A stretch of 64,000 bases of DNA from a virus (IMGVR_UViG_3300042401_002002); one strand, 5' to 3'. Shown: positions 1-8,222, numbered from the stretch's first letter. Numbers and translations are program-made. Notes: generated by a model not told the origin, from the sequence alone.

Positions 1-952
1 TAAGTACTAAAATATCCGAAATTTCTTTGTGCCAGAACGGAAAGTGAGTTGTAGAGTTACCACCACGAACACCGTTTTGAGTCGTTGATTTAGTAGCAGC
101 TTCAAAGTGTTTTAAAAATGGAACAACACCTGTATGAACAACTTCACCGTTTCTAATTGAATCACCTAATGCTCGAATCCTACCGAAATTAAGACCTATG
201 CCTGCTTTACTTGCTGTGTATCTTGTAACCGCACCATTACTAGCAATAATTGAATCTAATGTATCATCTACATCAATTAAAGTACATGAACTATATGTTC
301 TTGAAGGTGTTCTTACACCAGACATAACAGGTGTTGGTAAATTTATTTTTAATAATGAAATATCATTATAGAAACTATGAATTTTGTTAATTCTTTCTTC
401 TTTTTTTACATCAGCAAATAAAGTCATAGCAATTAACATAAACATATATTGTGGTGTTTCATATAATACACCTGTTTTTCTATGTTTAAGTAAATATTTA
501 TCAATCAATTGTTGAATACCTGCGTATGTAAAATTATAATCACGCTGATGTTTGATTAATTTGTTAATTTTATCTAGTTCTTCTGATGTGTAATTTTCAA
601 GTACTACAGCATCATAAACACCTAAATCAATATTCTTTTGAATTACTTCTTTAATGTGTGGTAAACCGTCAACAGTTTCAAAAACTTCTTTACGTAGTAA
701 ATAATTAGCTAAATTAGCAGCAACATACTGATAATTTGGTTCAGTTTCAGAAATTAAACTAGAAGCTGATTGTATTAATACTTTATGTATTTCTTTTGTT
801 GTTATATTGTCATGTAACTGCAATTTAGCGTTCATAGCAATAGTAGAAGCAGAAACATGTTTAACATTTTCTGTTGCCCAAAGTAAAACTTTGTTAATTT
901 TTTCATAATCAAGCGGTTCAGCACCACCATGTCGTTTAACTACGTTAATCAT
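1..952 (-). CDS. nrdA: Ribonucleotide reductase class Ia alpha subunit, N-terminal part (runs off window start)
   Basis: Hand translation from ATG at 952: MINVVKRHGGAEPLDYEKI (ATP cone), YETPQYMFM, LPTPVMSGVRTP, SSCTLID, QNGVRGG, FPFWH. Confidence 0.95.
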   Translation of the reverse strand, partial: MINVVKRHGGAEPLDYEKINKVLLWATENVKHVSASTIAMNAKLQLHDNITTKEIHKVLIQSASSLISETEPNYQYVAANLANYLLRKEVFETVDGLPHIKEVIQKNIDLGVYDAVVLENYTSEELDKINKLIKHQRDYNFTYAGIQQLIDKYLLKHRKTGVLYETPQYMFMLIAMTLFADVKKEERINKIHSFYNDISLLKINLPTPVMSGVRTPSRTYSSCTLIDVDDTLDSIIASNGAVTRYTASKAGIGLNFGRIRALGDSIRNGEVVHTGVVPFLKHFEAATKSTTQNGVRGGNSTTHFPFWHKEISDILVL

Positions 953-1018
953 AGAAATTTATTTAGTTTAGATAAAAATAACCAACTTTAAGGGTTGGTT
1001 ATGTAGGTTATTAGATTA

Positions 1019-1049
1019 CAAATCTACAATATTAAAATCAATATTGCAA
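1019..1049 (-). promoter_or_regulatory. Bacteroidota housekeeping-type promoter upstream of nrdA
   Basis: Minus strand TTG-N20-TAGATTTG matches the -33/-7 (TTTG / TAnnTTTG) consensus. Confidence 0.6.
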
Positions 1050-1057
1050 CTTTTTTC

Positions 1058-1243
1058 TTAAGAAATTCTTTTATTTATTGTTGTTAAACAGTTTTTGTAC
1101 TGTTGTTCAAGCTGTTCCAATTCATCAATTTTTTCAAGAATTTCTTTATTTAATTTTTCAACTGCCGAAACAGTGTCTCTTTGTATTGCAAGCAAACTTT
1201 CGTTCTTTTGTTTGTTTAATTCTTCTTCAGTATAAATTCGCAT
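1058..1243 (-). CDS. Hypothetical coiled-coil protein
   Basis: ORF track, 61 aa; preceded by a CTATTTA motif. Confidence 0.6.
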   Translation of the reverse strand: MRIYTEEELNKQKNESLLAIQRDTVSAVEKLNKEILEKIDELEQLEQQYKNCLTTINKRIS

Positions 1244-1274
1244 GATTAAAAAGTGGTTTTTACTTTAAATAGTT

Positions 1275-1430
1275 TTATCTTGAAAAAGTCACTAAAGAAT
1301 TAAAATAAAAATTTCGTTTAGCATGATTTATTTTTTCTTCTATTGTTAAGTCATAAGGTTTATTAAAACCTGCAAGTAGATAACTGAACGCCTTAAGTGA
1401 TATATCAATGTTTGATATGTTTAATTTCAT
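1275..1430 (-). CDS. MKL-family microprotein (51 aa)
   Basis: MKLNISNIDISLKAFSYLLAGFNKPYDLTIEEKINHAKRNFYFNSLVTFSR. Confidence 0.75.
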   Translation of the reverse strand: MKLNISNIDISLKAFSYLLAGFNKPYDLTIEEKINHAKRNFYFNSLVTFSR

Positions 1431-1600
1431 CTTTTTAAAATAAATAAGTAATTATAGTTTGGTTTGTACATTGTAATAGCGTTTTTAATCATTTGTTCTG
1501 GAGTTGTTTTTCCAAAACCAAATTTTCTTGGAATACCACAAGCTAAATACATTTCATTTGGGTCGATGAGTGGTGAATATTTTAATATATTTAATTTCAT
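1427..1600 (-). CDS. MKL-family microprotein (57 aa)
   Basis: MKLNILKYSPLIDPNEMYLACGIPRKFGFGKTTPEQMIKNAITMYKPNYNYLFILKR. Confidence 0.8.
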   Translation of the reverse strand: MKLNILKYSPLIDPNEMYLACGIPRKFGFGKTTPEQMIKNAITMYKPNYNYLFILKR

Positions 1601-1728
1601 CTTTCGTAAATATAAATTCTGTTACAATTTTTTAAATAAAAAAACGAAAGTTCTTTATTTTCAACAAAATAAGTAAACCAAACTGAATGTTTAAACCTAC
1701 TTCCCGTTCTAACTATTGAAAGTTTCAT
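1597..1728 (-). CDS. MKL-family microprotein (43 aa)
   Basis: MKLSIVRTGSRFKHSVWFTYFVENKELSFFYLKNCNRIYIYER. Confidence 0.8.
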   Translation of the reverse strand: MKLSIVRTGSRFKHSVWFTYFVENKELSFFYLKNCNRIYIYER

Positions 1729-1847
1729 CTTAAATAAATTATTAGTTTGTTAGTTAATAATTTAATATATTTATCATGTCCATTTATTTTACGAACCAAT
1801 CCTGTATTTATAATTTTATTAGTATGTTGGAACATTTTTAATCTCAT
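1725..1847 (-). CDS. MKL-family microprotein (40 aa)
   Basis: MRLKMFQHTNKIINTGLVRKINGHDKYIKLLTNKLIIYLR. Confidence 0.8.
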   Translation of the reverse strand: MRLKMFQHTNKIINTGLVRKINGHDKYIKLLTNKLIIYLR

Positions 1848-1969
1848 CTTAAATAAATTATTACCTTGTTTCTAAATCCTTTTAAACCGTAATCGTCCTT
1901 TATTCTTTGGTAAGAAACTGAATCAATAAACTTTACATTACTTCCGTTGTTAATTATTTTAAGTTTCAT
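1844..1969 (-). CDS. MKL-family microprotein (41 aa)
   Basis: MKLKIINNGSNVKFIDSVSYQRIKDDYGLKGFRNKVIIYLR. Confidence 0.8.
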   Translation of the reverse strand: MKLKIINNGSNVKFIDSVSYQRIKDDYGLKGFRNKVIIYLR

Positions 1970-2091
1970 CTTTTGTAGATTAAAATTTGGTTTTTATATT
2001 CAAACATATATTTATATCCGATTTGACTTCTATAATAAAACATAGATTCTTTAAATTTAACAGCTACTATTTTATCTATTACCAATTTCAT
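1966..2091 (-). CDS. MKL-family microprotein (41 aa)
   Basis: MKLVIDKIVAVKFKESMFYYRSQIGYKYMFEYKNQILIYKR. Confidence 0.8.
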   Translation of the reverse strand: MKLVIDKIVAVKFKESMFYYRSQIGYKYMFEYKNQILIYKR

Positions 2092-2219
2092 CTTTCGTAA
2101 ATGTAAATTTTGTTTAAATCGTATTTATTTAAATCGTAATCATTTTGTAAACATTCGTTTATTGGTGAATATTTAAACTTGCTGTAATAGTAACTCATGT
2201 TTAGTACTTTTATTTTCAT
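2088..2219 (-). CDS. MKL-family microprotein (43 aa)
   Basis: MKIKVLNMSYYYSKFKYSPINECLQNDYDLNKYDLNKIYIYER. Confidence 0.8.
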   Translation of the reverse strand: MKIKVLNMSYYYSKFKYSPINECLQNDYDLNKYDLNKIYIYER

Positions 2220-2341
2220 TTCTTGTAAATATTTATTTCGTTTGAATAAAGTTTAATAAACATATTTGGATTATTTATTAAATGAAATAATTCACTTGTT
2301 ATAAACCAGTCATATTGGTAAATTGAATATTTAAGTTTCAT
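2216..2341 (-). CDS. MKL-family microprotein (41 aa)
   Basis: MKLKYSIYQYDWFITSELFHLINNPNMFIKLYSNEINIYKK. Confidence 0.8.
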   Translation of the reverse strand: MKLKYSIYQYDWFITSELFHLINNPNMFIKLYSNEINIYKK

Positions 2342-2484
2342 CTCAAATAAATTATTATTTCATTTAAATCATATTCTTCAATAGGAAACATTAGTAAAGG
2401 TTCAATGTCGTTATTTAAAATTAAATATCCTAATATAACTGACTCATTTATTTTACTATCTGATTGTCTTATTTCTAATTTCAT
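2338..2484 (-). CDS. MKL-family microprotein (48 aa)
   Basis: MKLEIRQSDSKINESVILGYLILNNDIEPLLMFPIEEYDLNEIIIYLR. Confidence 0.8.
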   Translation of the reverse strand: MKLEIRQSDSKINESVILGYLILNNDIEPLLMFPIEEYDLNEIIIYLR

Positions 2485-2609
2485 CTTTCTAAAATGTATA
2501 ATTTGTTTGTCATTTCAAATATTTGTTGGTAATTATTTTCAACAAGATGTCCGTAAATAGTTGTTATGTTAAAGGGAAAATCATCATGATTACTTATTTC
2601 TAATTTCAT
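2481..2609 (-). CDS. MKL-family microprotein (42 aa)
   Basis: MKLEISNHDDFPFNITTIYGHLVENNYQQIFEMTNKLYILER. Confidence 0.8.
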   Translation of the reverse strand: MKLEISNHDDFPFNITTIYGHLVENNYQQIFEMTNKLYILER

Positions 2610-2742
2610 TTTTGTAAGTGTAAATTGAATTTATATTATATTCATTATGTTTAACATAATTGTTTGAACCAATTGTAATTAATCTAAACCAAGATGTTGA
2701 TGTAAATTTTAGATGAGTATTTTCGTATAAATTAAGTTTCAT
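2590..2742 (-). CDS. MKL-family microprotein (50 aa; 1-nt shift at the junction extends the tail)
   Basis: MKLNLYENTHLKFTSTSWFRLITIGSNNYVKHNEYNINSIYTYKNEIRNK. Confidence 0.75.
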   Translation of the reverse strand: MKLNLYENTHLKFTSTSWFRLITIGSNNYVKHNEYNINSIYTYKNEIRNK

Positions 2743-2876
2743 CTTTTGTAAATTTGTAGTTGATTTATCCAGTTTTCTATATTAATCCAATTACAATCTT
2801 CTTTTAAGAATAGAATATAAATACTTAATTCATTAAAATGACTAATTGCTTTATTACTAAAAACTACAAGTTTCAT
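2739..2876 (-). CDS. MKL-family microprotein (45 aa)
   Basis: MKLVVFSNKAISHFNELSIYILFLKEDCNWINIENWINQLQIYKR. Confidence 0.8.
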   Translation of the reverse strand: MKLVVFSNKAISHFNELSIYILFLKEDCNWINIENWINQLQIYKR

Positions 2877-2896
2877 TAGTTATTTGTTTATAATAA

Positions 2897-2928
2897 CAAA
2901 TCTACAATTTTTATTTAATTTAACCAAA
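2897..2928 (-). promoter_or_regulatory. Bacteroidota housekeeping-type promoter driving microprotein array 1
   Basis: Minus strand TTTG-N20-TAGATTTG, 20 nt upstream of the first ATG. Confidence 0.7.
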
Positions 2929-2947
2929 CTATTTACAATAAAATATC

Positions 2948-3643
2948 ATGGCTCAAGTTGGTTGTACGTCTGGTTCGGTTTTGGTTGATTCTACTAACCG
3001 TTATTCATCAAATAATAGTGTTACTGTAACTACTAACCCTAGTAATATTGATGACCAAGAAACTACTACAACATCTTCTGATACAGCTGGTCAAACAACA
3101 TCAAATTCAACACCTGGTGGAACTGACCCTAATGATGCACCTAAAGTACCTATTGTTAATGTAACACCTGTTGAAACTACCACAAATACTGTTGTTTTAT
3201 TACCTGTTACTGATTTAACAGGTTTGTTAGATAATGAAGTTTTAATTAGATGTTCTGTTGGTTTATATAAAACAACAACTAATCCTGTTACAGGTGGTAC
3301 TATAGTTATTGATTTCGGTTATATACCTAAAGGTGGTTCAAATGGTGATTTTAGACCATATTCTTCACAACAAATTAATGTATCTTCTGATTTTAATTCA
3401 ATAGGCTATAATAATGCTTTTTATAATTCTGAATTTGGTACAGGAATTACCCCTACATTTGATTTTGTTAATAATAAAGTAGTAAGAGTTGAATTTGTTC
3501 ATCAAATGTATGATTATTTAGCTTATGCTAATACTGATGCAACTTATTTTAATAATCTTATTGAAAAATTTGCTGTTAGAATTAATTCTATTAATACATC
3601 TTCAAAAAATATAGGTGTTGCTGCTGTAATCGTATTCTTTTAA
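2948..3643 (+). CDS. Hypothetical Thr/Ser/Asn-rich protein, possibly virion-associated
   Basis: ORF track, 231 aa; upstream CTATTTA motif shared with structural genes. Confidence 0.6.
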   Translation: MAQVGCTSGSVLVDSTNRYSSNNSVTVTTNPSNIDDQETTTTSSDTAGQTTSNSTPGGTDPNDAPKVPIVNVTPVETTTNTVVLLPVTDLTGLLDNEVLIRCSVGLYKTTTNPVTGGTIVIDFGYIPKGGSNGDFRPYSSQQINVSSDFNSIGYNNAFYNSEFGTGITPTFDFVNNKVVRVEFVHQMYDYLAYANTDATYFNNLIEKFAVRINSINTSSKNIGVAAVIVFF

Positions 3644-3707
3644 TTTTGTTTATTCAATAATTTTTATTAGATTACAAAATCAACATAAGTTTTAAACTTT
3701 TAATAAC

Positions 3708-4001
3708 ATGTTTATTTATTTAATTTCAAACCAAAACGGTTTTTATAAGATTGGTGTTTCTAAAAACCCTGATAAAAGAATAAAATCAATGGAAACAGGG
3801 AATCCGGATGATTTGATTATCCTTTATAGGTATACTACTAAACAAGCACATACAATAGAAAGAATTTTACATAGAATGTTTGAATCTTATAGAGTTAAAT
3901 TAGAGTGGTTTGAGTTACCTATTTATGAAGTACGTAATTTTTTATACAATTGTTCTAAAATAGAATGTAATCTAAATTATTTGGAAGAAAATAAAATTTA
4001 A
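3708..4001 (+). CDS. T5orf172/MUG113-like GIY-YIG domain protein
   Basis: IYLI...YKIGVSKNPDKRIKSMETGN...E..LH......EWF motif. Confidence 0.8.
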   Translation: MFIYLISNQNGFYKIGVSKNPDKRIKSMETGNPDDLIILYRYTTKQAHTIERILHRMFESYRVKLEWFELPIYEVRNFLYNCSKIECNLNYLEENKI

Positions 4002-4005
4002 TATT

Positions 4006-4305
4006 ATGAAAATTCAAAAAGTTAAAGGATTTAGGTTAAACAAACATTATTTTAAACTGTATTTGTTTGAAATTTTAATCATGTTAACGGTAGATTTAGG
4101 TTGTTACATAAGTTTAATTACTTTAGCTTATGATAAAAACTTTGGTTTGTTTTTTAAGAACAAAAGACAGAAATCTTATGGAATAGAATTTAATTTTGTT
4201 GACAGAAATACAGTTAACGAGAAAATGTATATATCTGTTTATGAATATAATAATATTCAAAATAACAAAACTAAAGTTATTAATAAGTTATTTCCTATTA
4301 AATAG
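4006..4305 (+). CDS. Hypothetical protein
   Basis: ORF track, 99 aa, 4 nt after the previous gene. Confidence 0.5.
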   Translation: MKIQKVKGFRLNKHYFKLYLFEILIMLTVDLGCYISLITLAYDKNFGLFFKNKRQKSYGIEFNFVDRNTVNEKMYISVYEYNNIQNNKTKVINKLFPIK

Positions 4306-4422
4306 AAATATCTGGTTATAAACAATAAAATAATCCTTAGCTTCTTCGTTATTCTGAATAATAGAATAAATCCAGTAATCTTTTAGGCTTGCATAAACAT
4401 AAGGTTCTATTTGAAGTTTCAT
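4288..4422 (-). CDS. MKL-family microprotein (44 aa)
   Basis: MKLQIEPYVYASLKDYWIYSIIQNNEEAKDYFIVYNQIFLFNRK. Confidence 0.75.
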   Translation of the reverse strand: MKLQIEPYVYASLKDYWIYSIIQNNEEAKDYFIVYNQIFLFNRK

Positions 4423-4426
4423 TTTT

Positions 4427-4564
4427 TTATTTGCGTTTAAGTAAAAATATTTTATTTGTTATTATACCGAAATATTTAGCATTATTATCATTTTGAATTA
4501 TTGAATAAAAGTAGTGATTTTCATCAAATATGTTATATTGGTCTTTAAGAAATATAAGTTTCAT
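4427..4564 (-). CDS. MKL-family microprotein (45 aa)
   Basis: MKLIFLKDQYNIFDENHYFYSIIQNDNNAKYFGIITNKIFLLKRK. Confidence 0.78.
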   Translation of the reverse strand: MKLIFLKDQYNIFDENHYFYSIIQNDNNAKYFGIITNKIFLLKRK

Positions 4565-4749
4565 TTTTTTAATATCATTAAAAGGTTGCAATCAAATTCA
4601 TCTACGTTTAACCATGTATAGGAACCACTTATACTATAATGATATTCAAAGTCAATACATAGATTATAATAAAAGTTACCGACCTTGAATTCATTAGGTG
4701 TTGAACCAGGTCGGTTTCCTTGTGTTGGATAGATAATTTTAAGTTTCAT
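4561..4749 (-). CDS. MKL-family microprotein (62 aa)
   Basis: ORF track; MKLKII...CNLLMILKK; the only family member long enough to appear in the track. Confidence 0.8.
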   Translation of the reverse strand: MKLKIIYPTQGNRPGSTPNEFKVGNFYYNLCIDFEYHYSISGSYTWLNVDEFDCNLLMILKK

Positions 4750-4886
4750 CTTTCTAATATTAATAAACTGTTATAAAACCCTTTGATATTTGTAAAGGTT
4801 AGAATCCCTAAATATTCAAGTTGAATAGATGTTGTTTCAAAACCTATAAATTTGTAATCTTCTGTTACAGTTGTATCTAATTTCAT
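4746..4886 (-). CDS. MKL-family microprotein (46 aa)
   Basis: MKLDTTVTEDYKFIGFETTSIQLEYLGILTFTNIKGFYNSLLILER. Confidence 0.8.
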   Translation of the reverse strand: MKLDTTVTEDYKFIGFETTSIQLEYLGILTFTNIKGFYNSLLILER

Positions 4887-5041
4887 CTTTTATAAATTAA
4901 TATTTCGTTTCTACTACCAGAAATTAATTCGTAATAAATATCTAAATCAAACAACATTATTTTATTACTATCTGATTCACTTCTTTTAAAATACAAATGT
5001 TCACCTTTCGATTTAATATTATAAAATATATCTAATTTCAT
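4883..5041 (-). CDS. MKL-family microprotein (52 aa)
   Basis: MKLDIFYNIKSKGEHLYFKRSESDSNKIMLFDLDIYYELISGSRNEILIYKR. Confidence 0.8.
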   Translation of the reverse strand: MKLDIFYNIKSKGEHLYFKRSESDSNKIMLFDLDIYYELISGSRNEILIYKR

Positions 5042-5169
5042 CTTTTATAAATATATATGTTATTGCGCCAATCTTCAAAAGTATCTCTTTTTAACTTAAA
5101 TAAAACTTGATAGATATAACCTCTATCGAATTCTATTGATTTACCGTAGTTATAAATTTTTAATTTCAT
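5038..5169 (-). CDS. MKL-family microprotein (43 aa)
   Basis: MKLKIYNYGKSIEFDRGYIYQVLFKLKRDTFEDWRNNIYIYKR. Confidence 0.8.
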   Translation of the reverse strand: MKLKIYNYGKSIEFDRGYIYQVLFKLKRDTFEDWRNNIYIYKR

Positions 5170-5294
5170 CTTTTATAAATTATGATTTCATTGTACCAAC
5201 CAACAAAATTATCATTTTCCAAGCCAAATAGAACTCGATAGATATAACTTCTACCGAATTCCAAATGTGTTTCTCTGTCAACAAGTAATATCAT
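5166..5294 (-). CDS. MKL-family microprotein (42 aa)
   Basis: MILLVDRETHLEFGRSYIYRVLFGLENDNFVGWYNEIIIYKR. Confidence 0.8.
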   Translation of the reverse strand: MILLVDRETHLEFGRSYIYRVLFGLENDNFVGWYNEIIIYKR

Positions 5295-7024
5295 TTCCCC
5301 TCAAAAGTGTTGATAATATCCTTCGGGTCCACCACGATTTGTCTGAAGAATCTAGGTTCGTTAATTATTTTACATTCAATTCCACATGAAATAATAACAA
5401 CTTTTTTGAAACCTGATAAATCTAATGTATCACAATAACCATCGGTTAAGATTAATAAGTTTTCTCTACCAAAGTTTTGTTTTACGTAATTAATACCTGG
5501 CATTAATTCGGTACCACCGTAAATATCGTGTAGTTGTTTAAGATTTCTAATATCTTTTTGACTTTTGATTTTTACTATGTTTTTTTCATTAACTACAGTA
5601 TCACAGAAGACTAGATTACCAACATAATTATCTTTTATACAGAAACCTAATATAGGTTCAACGCAACCACCCATACTTCCACTAACATCACACACAATAT
5701 TTAATGACTTAATATCATAAAACCTACCTTTAACAATAAATTCACTATCACTGTGTTTTTTGTTGTTTTTCTTGTAAGTTCTGTTTAATGAACCACTACC
5801 TTTTAATTTATTTACTGTACTAAAGATAACCTTTAAGAAGTTTTCTTTTTGTGGTGTGATTTGTTTCATTAATTCATCTACAAACCCTGTATCAACACCT
5901 CTTGCTTTACAATAAGCATCAATGTTTCGCATCCTATCTGCAATTTCTTCTGGTGATATTTCATCTTCATCACTTGATGTAAAATCATCTAATGATTGGA
6001 AGTTTTTACCACCTCCACCACTTGGGTTGTTTTTGTCAACTAAATATCTTAGTGCATATAAATCTAATGTACCTGTATATCTATCATCTTGTACATAAGT
6101 GATATTGTCATTATTTTTAATAATGTTTAGGTAGTCGTGTGATTTAATATGAACTTTATAAGTTTGATTATCTTTTAAGATTCTATCTCTAACAACATCA
6201 TAACCTATTGTATCACATTCACTCTGTAGTTTTTTAATATGTTCATCAAAAAATTGATACAGTTGTTCAAATACTAAATTAGAGTTATTTTCACCTTTAT
6301 CATAACCAGCTTCTAAAAAAGGTTCTAAATGAATACCTGACCCACATTTTTCCCAGTTTGATGGGAATATATAATGTTTATACGGGTTTTCTTCGTCAGG
6401 ATATGATTTTGGGTCATAATTAGGGTTAATTTCTAATTCTTTTATTATTTCACCCATTATTCTAATATTATTAGATAATTTATCAAATCTTTTCTTTGAT
6501 TCTTGGTTATCTGGGTTTTTTTGAAGATAATTAGATAATGTTTCTAATTTATCAGTTGATTGTAATAAATCAAGTTTAATTGTATCAAGTGGGGAGTCTT
6601 GAAATATCAAACTAATATGGTCACGTAATGCAACTTGGAACCTTTCAGCTCTATATTGGTATTGTATATTGTAGTTGATAATAGCATCAGTAACAATATT
6701 ACATTTACTTCTTTGAACCTCATTTGTAAAACCATACAGACGTTGTAAGTGTGCTGATTTGATGTGCATTAACTCATGGAAAATTAAATATGTAATTTCT
6801 GAGTTTTCTAATTTATTAATGAAATGTTCATTATAAGAAAATAAGAAATTTTTAAACTTAGCAGATACACAAGCAGTATCAATATCGGTTCTTTCTTTGA
6901 ACTCAATTAAGGTTGTGAAATAACCAAAATAACGATGTGCTGTTAATGATGAATGTGTTAATAAATCAATAATAGCGTTTGTTAATTTAGCATTTTTAAT
7001 TTTTACTGGAGATTCGTATGACAT
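5291..7024 (-). CDS. Metallopeptidase-like / vWA domain protein (DUF2201-like)
   Basis: N-terminal HELMH (HExxH); C-terminal MIDAS DVSGS, GGTE, LTDG. Confidence 0.85.
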   Translation of the reverse strand: MSYESPVKIKNAKLTNAIIDLLTHSSLTAHRYFGYFTTLIEFKERTDIDTACVSAKFKNFLFSYNEHFINKLENSEITYLIFHELMHIKSAHLQRLYGFTNEVQRSKCNIVTDAIINYNIQYQYRAERFQVALRDHISLIFQDSPLDTIKLDLLQSTDKLETLSNYLQKNPDNQESKKRFDKLSNNIRIMGEIIKELEINPNYDPKSYPDEENPYKHYIFPSNWEKCGSGIHLEPFLEAGYDKGENNSNLVFEQLYQFFDEHIKKLQSECDTIGYDVVRDRILKDNQTYKVHIKSHDYLNIIKNNDNITYVQDDRYTGTLDLYALRYLVDKNNPSGGGGKNFQSLDDFTSSDEDEISPEEIADRMRNIDAYCKARGVDTGFVDELMKQITPQKENFLKVIFSTVNKLKGSGSLNRTYKKNNKKHSDSEFIVKGRFYDIKSLNIVCDVSGSMGGCVEPILGFCIKDNYVGNLVFCDTVVNEKNIVKIKSQKDIRNLKQLHDIYGGTELMPGINYVKQNFGRENLLILTDGYCDTLDLSGFKKVVIISCGIECKIINEPRFFRQIVVDPKDIINTFEGK

Positions 7025-7088
7025 TTTATCTTGGTTTTAAATTGTTTGTTATTAATTGATATGCAAAATTATATAAATTTTATTTAAA

Positions 7089-7358
7089 TTACAATGAAGT
7101 TGCGGATTTAATTTCAATAAACCAATCAGGATTATTTTCAACATCATCTTTATAGAAATAATAAGATTTATATTTATCTTCGCGATATTCTTCATCTGTG
7201 ATTGAATGAAAATAATCACCTCTGATAGTTTGTTTAAATATCCTACCAGCTGGACATTTTATTAAATCTTTAATTATTTTAAACGTTCTCATGTTATAAC
7301 CGACTTTTAAATTTTGAATGATTTTTAGCAATTCTTTTAGAAGTTTCTTCGATTGCAT
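7089..7358 (-). CDS. Hypothetical protein (true start probably MRTFKII)
   Basis: ORF track. Confidence 0.55.
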   Translation of the reverse strand: MQSKKLLKELLKIIQNLKVGYNMRTFKIIKDLIKCPAGRIFKQTIRGDYFHSITDEEYREDKYKSYYFYKDDVENNPDWFIEIKSATSL

Positions 7359-7599
7359 CTTTTATTTCTTTAGTAATCGGTTTACTATTTTGAAATAAAT
7401 GTTTTGTTATTTTAGCGTTGTTAGGTACATATAATTTATAACCAACATAAAACCAAATTATTATTTCTGTTATTCCAGTTAAACCTCGTAAGGTTGTGTC
7501 TGTATGCCTAATATTGGTAGCTAAATAACATAAATATTCTGATAGTGCAACTATCAAAGGATACAGTAGCATCCAAAGTACGAAGGGTAGGTTTTTCAT
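7294..7599 (-). CDS. Hypothetical membrane protein (2 TM)
   Basis: Two hydrophobic segments; its ATG overlaps the TGA of the upstream microprotein. Confidence 0.65.
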   Translation of the reverse strand: MKNLPFVLWMLLYPLIVALSEYLCYLATNIRHTDTTLRGLTGITEIIIWFYVGYKLYVPNNAKITKHLFQNSKPITKEIKDAIEETSKRIAKNHSKFKSRL

Positions 7600-7730
7600 C
7601 TTTTATAAATTAATATATTGTTCGTCCAATTTTCAGAATTAATCCAATTTTCATTAGTCTTAAGAAATTTAGTATATAACTTAGTGTTGTAAAGGTATAT
7701 ACCATCAGTATTGTTTATGTCTAGTTTCAT
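7596..7730 (-). CDS. MKL-family microprotein (44 aa), singleton
   Basis: MKLDINNTDGIYLYNTKLYTKFLKTNENWINSENWTNNILIYKR; ATGA overlaps at both ends. Confidence 0.8.
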   Translation of the reverse strand: MKLDINNTDGIYLYNTKLYTKFLKTNENWINSENWTNNILIYKR

Positions 7731-8026
7731 ACAGTTTTTATTTTAACAGTATCTTTATGATAAATTGGTAATAAATAACAATCTTCACCTTCTAATAATC
7801 TTTTTACCATTAATGGTGTGTCATCAAAACCCATTTTGAAACAAAAGAAATCATTATCATCTGAACAATATGGACCTTTATTGTAACGTACACTAAATAT
7901 ACCATTACCATAATAAAGTGCTATATCCATTGTATTTTGGTTTTTATTTCTTAATAACAAGTAATAAACCTCACTACCATCATTTTCTTTTAAAACTTCC
8001 CAATTATAATCACCACATTGAATCAT
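7727..8026 (-). CDS. Hypothetical protein
   Basis: ORF track, 99 aa. Confidence 0.6.
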   Translation of the reverse strand: MIQCGDYNWEVLKENDGSEVYYLLLRNKNQNTMDIALYYGNGIFSVRYNKGPYCSDDNDFFCFKMGFDDTPLMVKRLLEGEDCYLLPIYHKDTVKIKTV

Positions 8027-8055
8027 TTCAATGTTATTTATTGTTGTAATTTTTT

Positions 8056-8175
8056 TTATCTTGCAAATATATTAATTTGGTTGAGATAATTTAAGTCAAC
8101 TAATCCTTGAATATGATTGTTGCGTAAAACAACATAATTTTTAACCTGTTTTACACGAAATATTTTTAATTTCAT
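8056..8175 (-). CDS. MKL-family microprotein (39 aa), singleton
   Basis: MKLKIFRVKQVKNYVVLRNNHIQGLVDLNYLNQINIFAR. Confidence 0.75.
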   Translation of the reverse strand: MKLKIFRVKQVKNYVVLRNNHIQGLVDLNYLNQINIFAR

Positions 8176-8195
8176 CTTTCCAATATTTTATATTC

Positions 8196-8222
8196 AACGC
8201 AAACCTAACTAAAAGGTTTCAA
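8196..8222 (-). promoter_or_regulatory. ECF-sigma-like promoter overlapping a TAnnTTTG box
   Basis: TTGAAACCTTTTAGTTAGGTTTGCGTT (TGAAAC-N16-CGTT); near-copy at 12965-12991. Confidence 0.65.

Larger units (their letters stand above)
1275..2876 (-). repeat. Microprotein array 1: 12 tandem MKL...IYxR mini-genes
   Basis: ATGs at 2876, 2742, 2609, 2484, 2341, 2219, 2091, 1969, 1847, 1728, 1600, 1430; 10 of 11 junctions are ATGA overlaps. Confidence 0.93.
4288..5294 (-). repeat. Microprotein array 2: 7 tandem mini-genes
   Basis: ATGs at 5294, 5169, 5041, 4886, 4749, 4564, 4422; the first overlaps the stop of the vWA gene (ATGA). Confidence 0.92.

Noticed and set aside
1464-1676. Plus-strand 70-aa ORF in the track
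   Set aside because: Antisense shadow of microprotein units; TTG start and no support.
1275-2876. CRISPR array interpretation of the periodic AAGTTTCATCTTT motif, given nearby Cas12-like TnpBs
   Set aside because: The repeat is short and degenerate, the intervening segments are 100-170 bp, keep open frames with 2-mod-3 spacing and share protein motifs, and there are no cas1/cas2 genes.
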